A DNA stretch of 63,675 nt, counting the filler, from Chrysochromulina tobinii (Eukaryota): NCBI GenBank assembly GCA_001275005.1. It is 7 parts of 7 records of this genome, joined end to end, with 100 filler letters (N's around TTAATTAATTAA, not from the genome) between each part and the next. Parts side by side here need not be neighbours in the genome. Positions count along the whole stretch, not along the records: positions 28,753 to 35,465 come from JWZX01000706.1; positions 35,566 to 41,743 come from JWZX01000707.1; positions 41,844 to 56,011 come from JWZX01000709.1; 4 more parts are not named here. One strand, given 5' to 3'. Position 1 is the first letter of the stretch; each line of letters begins with the position of its first letter. Below, piece by piece: positions 33,078-43,293 of this stretch. A model generated the notes under the pieces. That model made no database searches. It saw only the letters and a list, made by a program, of their open reading frames with translations, and was not told where the DNA came from. The translations under genes and the position numbers were made by a program.

Positions 33078-35465
33078 ATGGAGGGGGACTCGGAGGAGGA
33101 CTGGGTGGAGGTGGTGAAGGCAGAGGAGGCGATGGAGGAGGGCTGCGGCTCTTCGAGCGAGCTGGAGAGCGCGCTCAAGAACGCGAGCGCCAACAAGAGC
33201 GTGGATGCCACTTTGGTGCGCGAGGCGGTGCTCAAGCTGTCCAAGCTGGAAATGTCGCGCGGTGCAGCGGCAAGTGCTCCAGCAGTTGCCGAGGGTCCAT
33301 CATCCAATCCGGTGGGTGCTTCCATCGGACACCATGGTCTGGTACAGGGCAAGAACGCCAGCGGCAACTGGAACGAGGCGGGCGAGTCCCAGTACGATTG
33401 CCCTGCTGACTGTGACGAGTTGGTGGCTCGGCACGAGATGGAGCCCTGGGTGGAGGTGGCGATGCCGGACGACGCCGGCATCGAGTACAGCGCGCTCGCT
33501 GCGGACATCGCGGCCGATAACATGGCAGCTCACATCGCTGCCGTCGCGGACTCCGAGGAGAGAGAGCCGATGTCGACCGTGGGGATGTCCCTTCAGGAGG
33601 AGACGGATGCTATCCGACGACGCGGCAGCGATGGCGGTGGTGCTGCAAGCGATGCTGGGAGCTCAAGGGGTGGAAGGGGTCGTGGGAGCTCGACGGCGGG
33701 CTCGGAGGAGGCCTCGGATACAGGCGCGACCTCGCTGGCTCGCAAGGGCGGAGGAGGCGGCGAAGCAGGAGGCGTGCCAGCCAAAGAGCCCGAGTACGAC
33801 ACTGTGCAATATGCCGTCACAGGACCTGCGGTCGTGGAAGATGTTGCGATGAGCTTCGCGGTGCAAGTCTGGGCGATGATGGTTGCCAACGTGGCCTTGT
33901 TCAAGGACGCGCTTGATACGACGGAGAAGCGCTACGCGCATACCTTGGATAGGCTCGAGCGGGCCGTGACGGACTTCGAGGTGACCGTGCTCGTCACAGG
34001 TTGCATCGTTGAGCCCGCGACACAATGTATGCACTGGAATCGGAAGATCAAAGCTGTTCACCATGAAGTCTTCATCCCGCAACAGCTGTCCGACACTTAT
34101 CTCTTCGGAACAGTAATCATCCGGCCGATTCCATCCTCTCCACAGCGCCCCATTCTGTTTACGGCACCCTTCAAGATCTTCCGCAGAGCCGAGAGCATGC
34201 AGCCTCGCACCTCGCCGTATCCACATACCGCCTCGAGCGTGCTCCAGGGATCTGATGCGATCCTCCAGAGGCTCAATGAGATCCAGCACCAGCTCTGCAT
34301 CCAGCAGGAGCAGATTGCCACGGCCGTCTCCGCCGGCTTATCCGCAAGCGCCACTGCAGGTCGCGCATCGTGCGCCGCACACGACGCGGTCGCGGCCGCC
34401 CAGGCACTGCAGAGGAAGCTAGGGGTGCGTCCCGATCTCGTCGAGAAGGTGAAGCGGGCGAGCGTGCGCATTGGCCTCCTCGACCGCGCCAAGTGCCGGC
34501 TCCTCGAGCTCGGATCCGGCACCATCATCGACGCCGGTGCGGGTGCGCCGAGGAACCAGGTGCTCACCGTGGCCCACCTCTTCGTCGATCCAGTCGCCTG
34601 TACACAGGGTAACCCGCACTACCTCGAACCGATCTGGACCAAGTTCGGATATCCCACAGCCATCGACTGGACGTCCGACGTGGCGCCGCTGATCCTGGCG
34701 ATTGGGATGTGGGAGGCGGATGATCAGCCCTCACGATGGATGTGGTGGGCCGAGCTCGTCACCCCCCTCGCCACGCTGCAGGAAAAGTGCCAGAGTCCCC
34801 ATGCACCCCACAGCATGACGCACATGCTTGATCTGGCCGTGCTTCGCATCTGCGGCCGCCTCGAGCTCACGCCTGATGTCTTCCAAGGCTTCGGGATGGA
34901 CTACTCGGTCGTCGCGAAGCATCCAGCGATGGCCAGCCTCGCTGGGGCGAGCTCGCCGCTCCCTGCCGGGGTCCAGCTCGGAGACCCTGACGCGCTCCAG
35001 GTCAATGCAGACCTGATCACCGTCTTCGGATGGTTCTCACGGGTGGCTCGTCCCCCGACTGCCGCCCCTGCCGCACACGACGCCGGGATCGAATACGGCG
35101 TGCTCGCTGCGGACATCGCGGCAGATAACATGGCAGCTCACATCGCTGCCGCTGCGGACTCCGAGCTGCCTTCGGAAGTCACGCTTTTCGCGCCCCAAGC
35201 GCTCGCTCTCGTGGCCAAGAGTCACGGGCTGTTGCAGGTATCGGCCGTGCTGCACAGCGGAGGCAGCGGAGGCGCCGCAGTTGATTATCTTGGCCGCCTG
35301 GTGGCCGTGAGCAGGAGGTCGAACCTGCCGGCGCTGCCACCGAAGAAGAAGTGCATGGGCTACTTGCGCATGGTGAGCTGGCTGTTGCCTGAGCACGGTC
35401 TTGTCTTCAGCGAGTTGCCTCAGGCGGCTCGTGATGCGACCTCGCCGTATCCACATACCGCCTCG
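33078..35465 (+). CDS. Multidomain protein with a trypsin-like serine protease domain, 3'-partial
   Basis: Catalytic triad motifs GSGTII..VLTVAHLF, DLAVLRI, HSGGSGG..VD..GRLVAV, preceded by a coiled coil; frame open to the contig end. Confidence 0.75.
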
Positions 35466-35565
35466 NNNNNNNNNNNNNNNNNNNNNNNNNNNNNNNNNNN
35501 NNNNNNNNNTTAATTAATTAANNNNNNNNNNNNNNNNNNNNNNNNNNNNNNNNNNNNNNNNNNNN
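35466..35565. other. Artificial contig linker
   Basis: N-run + TTAATTAATTAA + N-run. Confidence 0.98.
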
Positions 35566-38500
35566 GCGCGCGGGCCGGCACACTGAGAGTGGTCTCCACT
35601 GAAAGCGGAGTGCCGGGCCGCAGAGATGCGCGCTGCTGCCGAGAGGGGGCGAGGCGAGAGGCTGTGAAACAGCCGAAGAGCGCGGCACCCGTAGAGCTGG
35701 GGCCTTAGGGCTCGAGCTCGATGTCGCGATCGGCGTCGCGTGCAGCCTTGCCCAGGGCGCCGGCCGCGATTGAGGTTTGAAGGTGGGCCACCCATTCATC
35801 AGCGTCGAGCCGGGGAAGGTTGGCCGCGGTAGTGGAGTCGACGAGCTGGTCCATGGACGAGATGATCCAGGCGGTGCGCTCGATGTCGTTCATCCTCGCG
35901 TAGATGAGGAGCGCTTCCTCGCTCTTCCAGCGAAGGATGGCCATGATGCGCTCGGGGGGGCAGCCCGCGGCGTACAGCGCACAGGCAAGGTAGATGCGGA
36001 AGGAGTGCACGGAGAAGCACGCGCACTCCGCCTCGGTGAGTCCAGCCCCCTCGCGCAGCGCCTTGACGAAGAGGCGGTCCAGCAGGTCGTGATGCCACTC
36101 GACGCCCAGCGTCGGCCCGAAGAGCGGCGTGAGGGGGGCGGTTGCGGCAGTAAGGCCGGCCCGCAGCGCGGCCGTGGTGAGGGCCGCGAGCGAGCGACAC
36201 GCGTTGCGCGCGGCAACGGACGAGAATGGGAGCCACGACGGCTTGGAGCCGAAGAACTCGCCAAACGCATCGTTCTTGAGGGAACCGAACACAAGCCAGC
36301 AGCCGTCGCCCTCAGTGATGGGGAGGATCTCGGTGAGGGTGGGGAGAGCGGTGATGATCCCTCCCACGCGCCACTTCAAGCTCGCAAAGGTGAGGCGGCC
36401 CTTCTTGAAAGCGGTCGCTTTGTGCGCCTTCGAGACGTCTCCCTTGCGCATGCCGGTCTCGGCGAGCGTCTCCACCGTCGCCCGGAAGGCGACCAGCGAG
36501 TACGAGGTCCAGTCCCATGGGGCGCGCAGCATGGCCAAGATAAGGACGTTGGTGAGCGGATTCTTTCGCGAGGGTGCGAGGGAATCAGTGCCATGGAGCT
36601 CGACATACTGGCGCAGCATTCCTGTAACAACCTGAACGGCGATGGTGAACGGCGCCATCTTGTATCCGCGCTTCTTGTGCTCACGCGCCACCGCGTAGAG
36701 CTTGTTGAGGGCGTTCCGCGGGTTAGCCGCCGGATCCTTCTTGGATCTCGGCTGCATCCGTGCGTACATGTGGAGCAGCGCGAGCGCCGGTAGGATGAGC
36801 TCACGACGGTGACCTACCGGGTCGAGTCCCGTATTGGCCGCGACGTCCGTGCGCCACATCGGCGTCCCGAGTGCCGCGCACGCCTTGCGCCACGCCTCGA
36901 GATGATACTTGTCCTTCTCGTTCGTGGAGTCCGCGAAGGCGGACTCGAGGTGCTCGCGCATGACGTCAAGCAGTCCCGCAAGCTCTTCCTCGCGACCTGG
37001 TAGAAGAGCCATAGGCGAGTCGTCTTGAAGAAGAGCCGCCTCCCAGGTCGTCGGTGCACGAGCCGCAGGGGTGGCGGCTTGGACGGGTGCCGGCCAGCGT
37101 TGCTGCCGCGCCCCAGAGCGCATACCCACCGGCCGAAGCGCCGGTGCCAGCGACAGCTGAGGAGTCAGGCGCCCGGGAGGGCGCGTGAGCGGCGGTGGAG
37201 CTCCCGTGGTCGTCCGCAGCGGCGTGGGCACTGCCGTCCGCCAAGGCATGGGAGGCGTCAGGGGGGGCGGCCCGAGGTTGGGCTGCGATGCCGGCGGCCT
37301 GCTCGTCAAGAATGGCGGCGGTTTCGTGCGCGCGCCGTCACCTGCGACCGTCGATGAGAACTCGGCACCGATGCAGAGCTCGGTGTCGGTGAGCCCGTGC
37401 GAGGATGCCACCGCGGCGCCAGTGAGGAGGGCGGCCATGACGCCCCGCGCTGCCCGTGCGACACGTGCGGGCGCGGGCGCAATGCGAGGGCGCGCGCGTG
37501 CGCCGGCGCGAGCGAGAAGGGGCACCGATGCTGCGCGGGTAGTCCGCGGCGGCGAGGGCGGCGGCACCACATGGGCAGCCGGGTGCGCGATGGTCGCGGC
37601 AGGCGGCGGGCGCGCCGATCTGTCAAGCGCAAGCATCTCGAGCTCGCGCTGCTCAGTGGAGAGGGCATCAAAGTAGTCAGCGACGCGTTCCATATATGCA
37701 AGGAAAGCGGCGGGAACGTCACGCTTCACCGGCGCGAGGCGGAGGTGGCGCATAACTTCACGCAGCTCGTCATCACGCCCGCGGCTGCCCATGTCACAGA
37801 TCGGATTCCCGACACCGTACTCGTGCGAGCAGTAGCACCGGTTCAGGACAGCCTTGACCTCCAGAAGCTCGAGCATCTCGTCGTGCATGAAGCGCATGAG
37901 GCGGCTCTCGCGAACCGCCGACGCCAGGATTGTCGGGACGACGAGTGAGTCGCCAGGGATGGCGATGCCAACTGCACCAGCAAGATCGGCTGCGAACGTG
38001 ATGAGGCCGAATGGCCCTTGGCCGGCAAACTCAAGAGCGACAATGGGCCATTGCGCGTAGCGCGTGCCCAGCAGCGGCAGGGTGGCGTAGTAGCCGTAGA
38101 GGTTGGTGGTGATGCCCGGGCAGCCCGTGCCCTTGAGCGCCGCGTCCGAGTGGATGCGGTGCATCACTTGGCCGGTCGGTGGGCGGCTGTGGAAGACCGA
38201 GCCCAGCATCGAGGAGCCCGTCCGTGACTCGAGAGCCCCAGTCCAGGCGACGAAGGCACGCGATGAGCGGCGCGTAAGCGGAACCCGAAGTCCGTCATCG
38301 AGTTTGGCACCCCCCCGGCGCTCGACGAGCCGATCGCCCTGTGCGGCCATCGCGCGGACGGCCAGGGCGCCCTGCTCAAGAAGCGCCTGCTGGTGCAGGA
38401 AGGGGTCGGATACGGCGGAGAGCAGTGGGCGCAGCCCGGCCAGCCACACGCGATGGCCGAGGATGTGCGTGCAATTCCCGTCCGCACGCGGCGCCGTGTC

Positions 38501-41500
38501 GAGACCATCAGAGGTTGGGCGAGCTGCGATGGCCGCCGTGGCTGGATGGTGCCAGATAGAGCCTTGCTCCGGATGAGTTGCCGACAGGTGCTCGAGGCCG
38601 TAGATGACGTGGGCGTCGGCCGCCGCTGCTATCGCCGTAAGGGCGAAGTGAGCAAGTGCCGTTTCATCGCGGACAGACCGAGCGAAGGCGCGCGGGATCG
38701 GCGTGATCCCACCAGGTTCCGCAGGCGAACGCAGCCGCGGGATATGGTGGGAGGAATAGGTGCGGGAGGGAGGGGCAGCGAACACGATGGCGTACACGCG
38801 CGCCTCGATCTCGCCCAGCAGCTGGTGCTGCACCTCTCGGCGCCGTAGGTCGAACTGATCCCCATTGGCAATGTCGTAGTTGACCACCGTAAAGCCGAGC
38901 GTCTCTCCGAGGGCAAGGAGGTCGAGCGTGCCATGCTGTGCGCGACCACCAAAAAGGAAGAGGGCTCTGGTACGCCCCATGGGCGCGCGCACAGGAGCCC
39001 CTACCGCCTCAGCCGCAGTGCGGATGCGATGCAGAGTGTCGATGCCGTCGTAGAAATTGTACATCAGCTGCTTGGGCAGGACCAGAGTGAAGACAAAGTG
39101 GTGCAGGAGCCCACCGAGCTCTCGCATCTCGCGGACAGTGAGCGTGCCGGCCTGTGCGCCGCGAAGAGCCGTGAGTGCTTTGAGCACTTTGGCTGGTGAG
39201 AGGTAGGAGAGGAGCGCGGTAGCAAGGTACTGCCCCCCAACCCACTCGCCTTGAACTCCGACGCAGCGTTTGCACGGGTCGCTGCGCCGGAGGTTAGCGG
39301 CGGTACACTCGCGCCCCCAGTGCTCCGTCGCGTCGCAGAGGAGGACGGGCCCGATTGTGAAGATCCGCGGGTCATCCGTATAGCCGAAGGCGATGAGGAG
39401 GTACCCTTGCACATGCGCGCCCACTTCGAGCTCGGCGGCGACCTGTGCGCGCACGGCGAGCCACCCGGCGAAGGCGGGGCAATCGGCCGCCCACTTGTCA
39501 TATGTCGCGAGGTGATCACGGTGGAAATCATCCTGAAACTTGTTGCAATACTCGGTGACATAGCCTTGGGCGTACCGCGACGAGGGCACCGTGCCCATGC
39601 TCACACAACCCGCCTGGATGAGAGTAAGTGCGACATCGGGCGTATCAGCGAGAAGGCACGCGATGAGACGCGTGATGAGCTCTTGGGTGATCGCGGACGG
39701 GTCGAGCAGCATCAACTGCATGTAGATGCGCTGTCGGAAGCTCACAGCGAGTTGATGAAAGAATTTCGCAAAGTCGTCACCAAAGCTGAGCACGTCGAGG
39801 CCAAGCATCTCCGCCGGCGGCGTGAGGACGACGATCGCGAGGGTGAGCATAAAGAAGAAGGGCTTGAGCTCCGGCGGTAGGATAGGTGCGCCAAATCCAC
39901 TCCCCGGGGTCGGCCCAAATGGGCGGTACGGTGGGCGAGCGCTGATCGCCTGTACGCTGAATCGGGCAGGGTCGCGCCTCACGTCGCCTGCGGAAGCGAG
40001 CTCGCGCGCACGGAGCGCTCTATCGAGTTGTGAGCCGATGCTCGCGTTGAGGGAGAGAACAGGGGCTGCCGTCCCGAAGGTCGTCATGGCGCCAGCGGGG
40101 GGTGCCGTGTCGTTGTTGACCATGCGCCACGATGTCAGGTTGCTCTTCACGACACACCCCACGCACGAGAATCTGCCTGGTGCAGTGAGCAGGTTGAGCC
40201 GACCCTGTGCCAAAGAGGCCGCCGAGCGTGCCGCAAACCATCCTGCGTCGATCATTTCGCGCAGCGTCTCATGTACAGAAGCGAAGCCGTCGGCAATCGA
40301 GGACATGGGCGGGATCATAACCAGCTGCCCGCCGAGTTGCGTGAAGAACTCGACCCCGTGGGTGGTGCAGGCGTCGCGCAGTGCGGCGTCCGGTGAGCCC
40401 TTGAGGAGGTTGGCGGCATAGGTGGGGTCGAGGCTGAAATTGGGCGCGCGAGAGAGGTCCGCGAGCGCAATGCGCTCGCCGTCGTGGCAGAGCACATGGC
40501 CGGCGGCGATGAGCGCCGCTGCCCACGGGTAGCACGAATTCTCATCAAGGTTGCACGCGAACAGCTTCGGCTTTGGGCAGCCCTGGGCACGTCCCGTCTT
40601 GGCTGCATGCAGCAGCCACCGCCATGTAGCTTGTTGGCATTCAAGAGCGGCTGCATAGGCACCTGGTAGCAGGACGGTGTCCCAGTCGAGTGCATCTGAC
40701 GGGACGCAGCCTGAGGGCGGCGGGGGCGGCAGGGGCGGCAGCGGTGACGATGCAACCGATGGCACGTATGGGAACGGGACACGATGCAGGCGGGTGTCGC
40801 TCGCCGAGTAGCACTGGCTACGCAGCGTCGCGTTGATGGCATTGAGCTGCAGTGGCTTACACACCGCCAGCCATCCGGCGCACTCAGCGCGGTCGACGGG
40901 GGAGCGTGTGGTGTCGGCAATGCGCCGTTCGTATTCATGGCGCAGCGCGCGCATGCTCGCCTGAGCTTTCTCCACGACCGTGTCCCATGGGACTGGGTGA
41001 GCACGCGCCTCGACGAGCACTTGCTGGGGCTCGAGTGCCAGCTCGGGCTGAGCCCCCACACGTACGCCGTCAGGAAGAGCAGCCGTGGGCTGGCGGAAGG
41101 CACACGCTCGCGCAAGCGCAAGAGCGGCCACACGAGCGACCGTCGCGTCGCCGTGGAGAGCGGCGAGCGTCGCCCACGCGATATTGTTCGAGGATTGAGC
41201 CTGTGTCAAGGGAGTGCGGGTCCATTCATCCGTGACGTCGCGTGCGGTCATCTCCCAGTCCATCGGCGGCGGGTCGGTGATGAGGGCGCCCGAAACAACC
41301 AAGCCCAGCGTCTCGATCTCGAAATAGTAGAAGGCGTGCACGTCCGTCCGGCCGGGGAAGAGCGCCGCCGCCCATCTCGCCGCGTCCGCGTAGTCAGTCT
41401 CACGCGAGATAAAGGATCGGCGCTTGCCAAAATAAGCCTCGCCACACTCGTCGAGCGGTAGACCAATCCGAGGTGCCGTGCCGTCAAAGATGAGGGGCAC

Positions 41501-41743
41501 GAACACATGCGCCGATGCAGCCTTGGCCGAGGCAGTGAGCTGGACCGTTGGGACTTGGGTCGGGTCGAGCCCGGGCGGCTTGTCCGCCCACGACGCAGTT
41601 TTCGTCGTGGAGCCCTGCAGTGCGATCGAAGACGGCTGTGCGCCCACCCCGAGCCTGCTGCCTTCATCCTTGACGGTCACCATCGAGGGATCCCGCACGT
41701 GGTTTAGACAAGAGATAACCGCAGTGTTCTCAAGTGTATCCAC
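35566..41743 (-). mobile_element. DIRS-like tyrosine-recombinase retrotransposon (termini not captured)
   Basis: The whole contig is one ORF with RT, RNase H and tyrosine recombinase in DIRS order. Confidence 0.88.
35705..41743 (-). CDS. Polyprotein: RT - C5-MTase-like insert - RNase H - tyrosine recombinase
   Basis: RT: DDFAKFFHQL, CVSMGTVPSS, YTDD (~39371-39382). RNase H: IHSDAA, ALEF, GDS, NPICDMGSR. YR: ETGMRKGD, LKND, HSFR, ILRWKS, LIYARM. Insert: LFLFGG..YDI..FDL..AAPPSRTYS. Confidence 0.9.
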   Translation of the reverse strand: MDTLENTAVISCLNHVRDPSMVTVKDEGSRLGVGAQPSSIALQGSTTKTASWADKPPGLDPTQVPTVQLTASAKAASAHVFVPLIFDGTAPRIGLPLDECGEAYFGKRRSFISRETDYADAARWAAALFPGRTDVHAFYYFEIETLGLVVSGALITDPPPMDWEMTARDVTDEWTRTPLTQAQSSNNIAWATLAALHGDATVARVAALALARACAFRQPTAALPDGVRVGAQPELALEPQQVLVEARAHPVPWDTVVEKAQASMRALRHEYERRIADTTRSPVDRAECAGWLAVCKPLQLNAINATLRSQCYSASDTRLHRVPFPYVPSVASSPLPPLPPPPPSGCVPSDALDWDTVLLPGAYAAALECQQATWRWLLHAAKTGRAQGCPKPKLFACNLDENSCYPWAAALIAAGHVLCHDGERIALADLSRAPNFSLDPTYAANLLKGSPDAALRDACTTHGVEFFTQLGGQLVMIPPMSSIADGFASVHETLREMIDAGWFAARSAASLAQGRLNLLTAPGRFSCVGCVVKSNLTSWRMVNNDTAPPAGAMTTFGTAAPVLSLNASIGSQLDRALRARELASAGDVRRDPARFSVQAISARPPYRPFGPTPGSGFGAPILPPELKPFFFMLTLAIVVLTPPAEMLGLDVLSFGDDFAKFFHQLAVSFRQRIYMQLMLLDPSAITQELITRLIACLLADTPDVALTLIQAGCVSMGTVPSSRYAQGYVTEYCNKFQDDFHRDHLATYDKWAADCPAFAGWLAVRAQVAAELEVGAHVQGYLLIAFGYTDDPRIFTIGPVLLCDATEHWGRECTAANLRRSDPCKRCVGVQGEWVGGQYLATALLSYLSPAKVLKALTALRGAQAGTLTVREMRELGGLLHHFVFTLVLPKQLMYNFYDGIDTLHRIRTAAEAVGAPVRAPMGRTRALFLFGGRAQHGTLDLLALGETLGFTVVNYDIANGDQFDLRRREVQHQLLGEIEARVYAIVFAAPPSRTYSSHHIPRLRSPAEPGGITPIPRAFARSVRDETALAHFALTAIAAAADAHVIYGLEHLSATHPEQGSIWHHPATAAIAARPTSDGLDTAPRADGNCTHILGHRVWLAGLRPLLSAVSDPFLHQQALLEQGALAVRAMAAQGDRLVERRGGAKLDDGLRVPLTRRSSRAFVAWTGALESRTGSSMLGSVFHSRPPTGQVMHRIHSDAALKGTGCPGITTNLYGYYATLPLLGTRYAQWPIVALEFAGQGPFGLITFAADLAGAVGIAIPGDSLVVPTILASAVRESRLMRFMHDEMLELLEVKAVLNRCYCSHEYGVGNPICDMGSRGRDDELREVMRHLRLAPVKRDVPAAFLAYMERVADYFDALSTEQRELEMLALDRSARPPPAATIAHPAAHVVPPPSPPRTTRAASVPLLARAGARARPRIAPAPARVARAARGVMAALLTGAAVASSHGLTDTELCIGAEFSSTVAGDGARTKPPPFLTSRPPASQPNLGPPPLTPPMPWRTAVPTPLRTTTGAPPPLTRPPGRLTPQLSLAPALRPVGMRSGARQQRWPAPVQAATPAARAPTTWEAALLQDDSPMALLPGREEELAGLLDVMREHLESAFADSTNEKDKYHLEAWRKACAALGTPMWRTDVAANTGLDPVGHRRELILPALALLHMYARMQPRSKKDPAANPRNALNKLYAVAREHKKRGYKMAPFTIAVQVVTGMLRQYVELHGTDSLAPSRKNPLTNVLILAMLRAPWDWTSYSLVAFRATVETLAETGMRKGDVSKAHKATAFKKGRLTFASLKWRVGGIITALPTLTEILPITEGDGCWLVFGSLKNDAFGEFFGSKPSWLPFSSVAARNACRSLAALTTAALRAGLTAATAPLTPLFGPTLGVEWHHDLLDRLFVKALREGAGLTEAECACFSVHSFRIYLACALYAAGCPPERIMAILRWKSEEALLIYARMNDIERTAWIISSMDQLVDSTTAANLPRLDADEWVAHLQTSIAAGALGKAARDADRDIELEP

Positions 41744-41843
41744 NNNNNNNNNNNNNNNNNNNNNNNNNNNNNNNNNNNNNNNNNNNNTTAATTAATTAAN
41801 NNNNNNNNNNNNNNNNNNNNNNNNNNNNNNNNNNNNNNNNNNN
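41744..41843. other. Artificial contig linker
   Basis: N-run + TTAATTAATTAA + N-run. Confidence 0.98.
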
Positions 41844-42245
41844 CAGGCTCGGGAATGCGCCCCCCCCGACCGTGCCGCGTGTTGGTGCCGCACGTGAAAA
41901 CGAGCGGCGCCGCATGTCTCGTTGAGGTGAAACCAGTGAAGAGGTCTGGCCGCAGCGGCGAACCCACCCAGGGGTGTGTGAAACTATGTGTGAAATCACC
42001 GCCTAACCTTGGCCGCATACCCCCATACCCTAAAAAGCGGCCTGCGGCCGCCTGCTGGAACATACCCCCATACCAAAATTTCGGTCAGACGATCATACCC
42101 TGACCCCCACCTATTCGGAATCCCGTGTGCCTTTTTTGGGTCTGAAAGTTGTGACTCTGTTCATACAAAAGTTCATACGCGCGGCCGGTCATGGCACTTT
42201 TCGTCGCTGTGTTGTTGGAAGAAGAACACCCGAGTGCGCGCTGAT

Positions 42246-43088
42246 TCAATCCACAGCTACGAAGCGTGCTTGTGCGCGACTGCCGCTGCCTCCAACGCGC
42301 CCACCGCCATGAAAACGGGTACCGCGACCCCCGGAGCTGAACAACGCGGGCCAGGTACTGCGAGGCAGCGCGCACCATGCCCATCCGGCAAGTGCGCCTC
42401 CGAGGTGCCCCAGGAAGGAGACGTGGCGGTGTAGCACGCTCGAGAGGACAACATCGAGCCAGATAGCATGCCGGCGGCTCACAACAAAGGTGCCGTGTAC
42501 GAGGGTCATCTCGTTCGCCTGGGGCTCCATATACGCGACCGCTGACATCGCGTACAGCACCCCCGAGAAGCCGACGGCACACGAGAGCGTGCCAAGCTCG
42601 AGGCTCTCTGCTAGCCGGCCGAGGAGGACTGCGAGCGTCCCCGACGCGAGGATGCTGTATCCGAGGAATAGGCTAAAACGTGCGGTGCCCATTCGGTCCT
42701 CGAGCATTGATCCCTTCCAAATCAGGGCGGCAGTGTTGTAATAGAGATGGAGGTCGTCAATGTGTAGCAGCGTCGAAAGCGTAAGTCGGCGAACGGCCTC
42801 ACTCCACCGATCGAAAGCGCTGCGACGACTGTTAAATAGAAGCGCAAAGTATGTGTCTTGTGACTCCGACAAGAGGCTGAACATGGCGCGGCTGCTGATG
42901 CACACGTCCGTGGTTTCATAGGGTACCAAGTCGGGAAAGAGGTGGATGCCAATCAGCGCAACTGCGACGACTGTTACCAGCTGCCCTGGCTGGATCGGCA
43001 GGCGCTGGTACTGGTCGTAGAGCCTAGATAGCAGCAGGAGTTGAAGGGCGGTCTGCGCTGCGTCGCGGCGAGAGTCGCGACGGCCCAT
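42246..43088 (-). CDS. Rhomboid intramembrane serine protease (RHBDD1/RBL14-like)
   Basis: HIDDLHLYYN, AVGFSGVLY (catalytic Ser), SFLGHLGG (catalytic His). Confidence 0.88.
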   Translation of the reverse strand: MGRRDSRRDAAQTALQLLLLSRLYDQYQRLPIQPGQLVTVVAVALIGIHLFPDLVPYETTDVCISSRAMFSLLSESQDTYFALLFNSRRSAFDRWSEAVRRLTLSTLLHIDDLHLYYNTAALIWKGSMLEDRMGTARFSLFLGYSILASGTLAVLLGRLAESLELGTLSCAVGFSGVLYAMSAVAYMEPQANEMTLVHGTFVVSRRHAIWLDVVLSSVLHRHVSFLGHLGGALAGWAWCALPRSTWPALFSSGGRGTRFHGGGRVGGSGSRAQARFVAVD

Positions 43089-43293
43089 GGCTTTCTCCTT
43101 TCACTACTTGCGTACTTCAGAAATGTCGTTCCGAAGGAAGTTTCCGGCACGAGCGCATGCGTCATCAATCCACACGCGGAAACGGGGGACGTCGAATCAA
43201 CCATACCCCGAGACCTCGAGACATCATGCGTAGGGTCCCTAGAGGACGAGTCTTGAGTGGACGACTCCGGACCCGACAGTGCTCGCTTTCGGC

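Noticed and set aside
41844..42130. Repeated cataccccc(atacc) motifs at a contig start, possible transposon subterminal repeats
   Set aside because: Only three short copies, with no TIR partner or transposase visible
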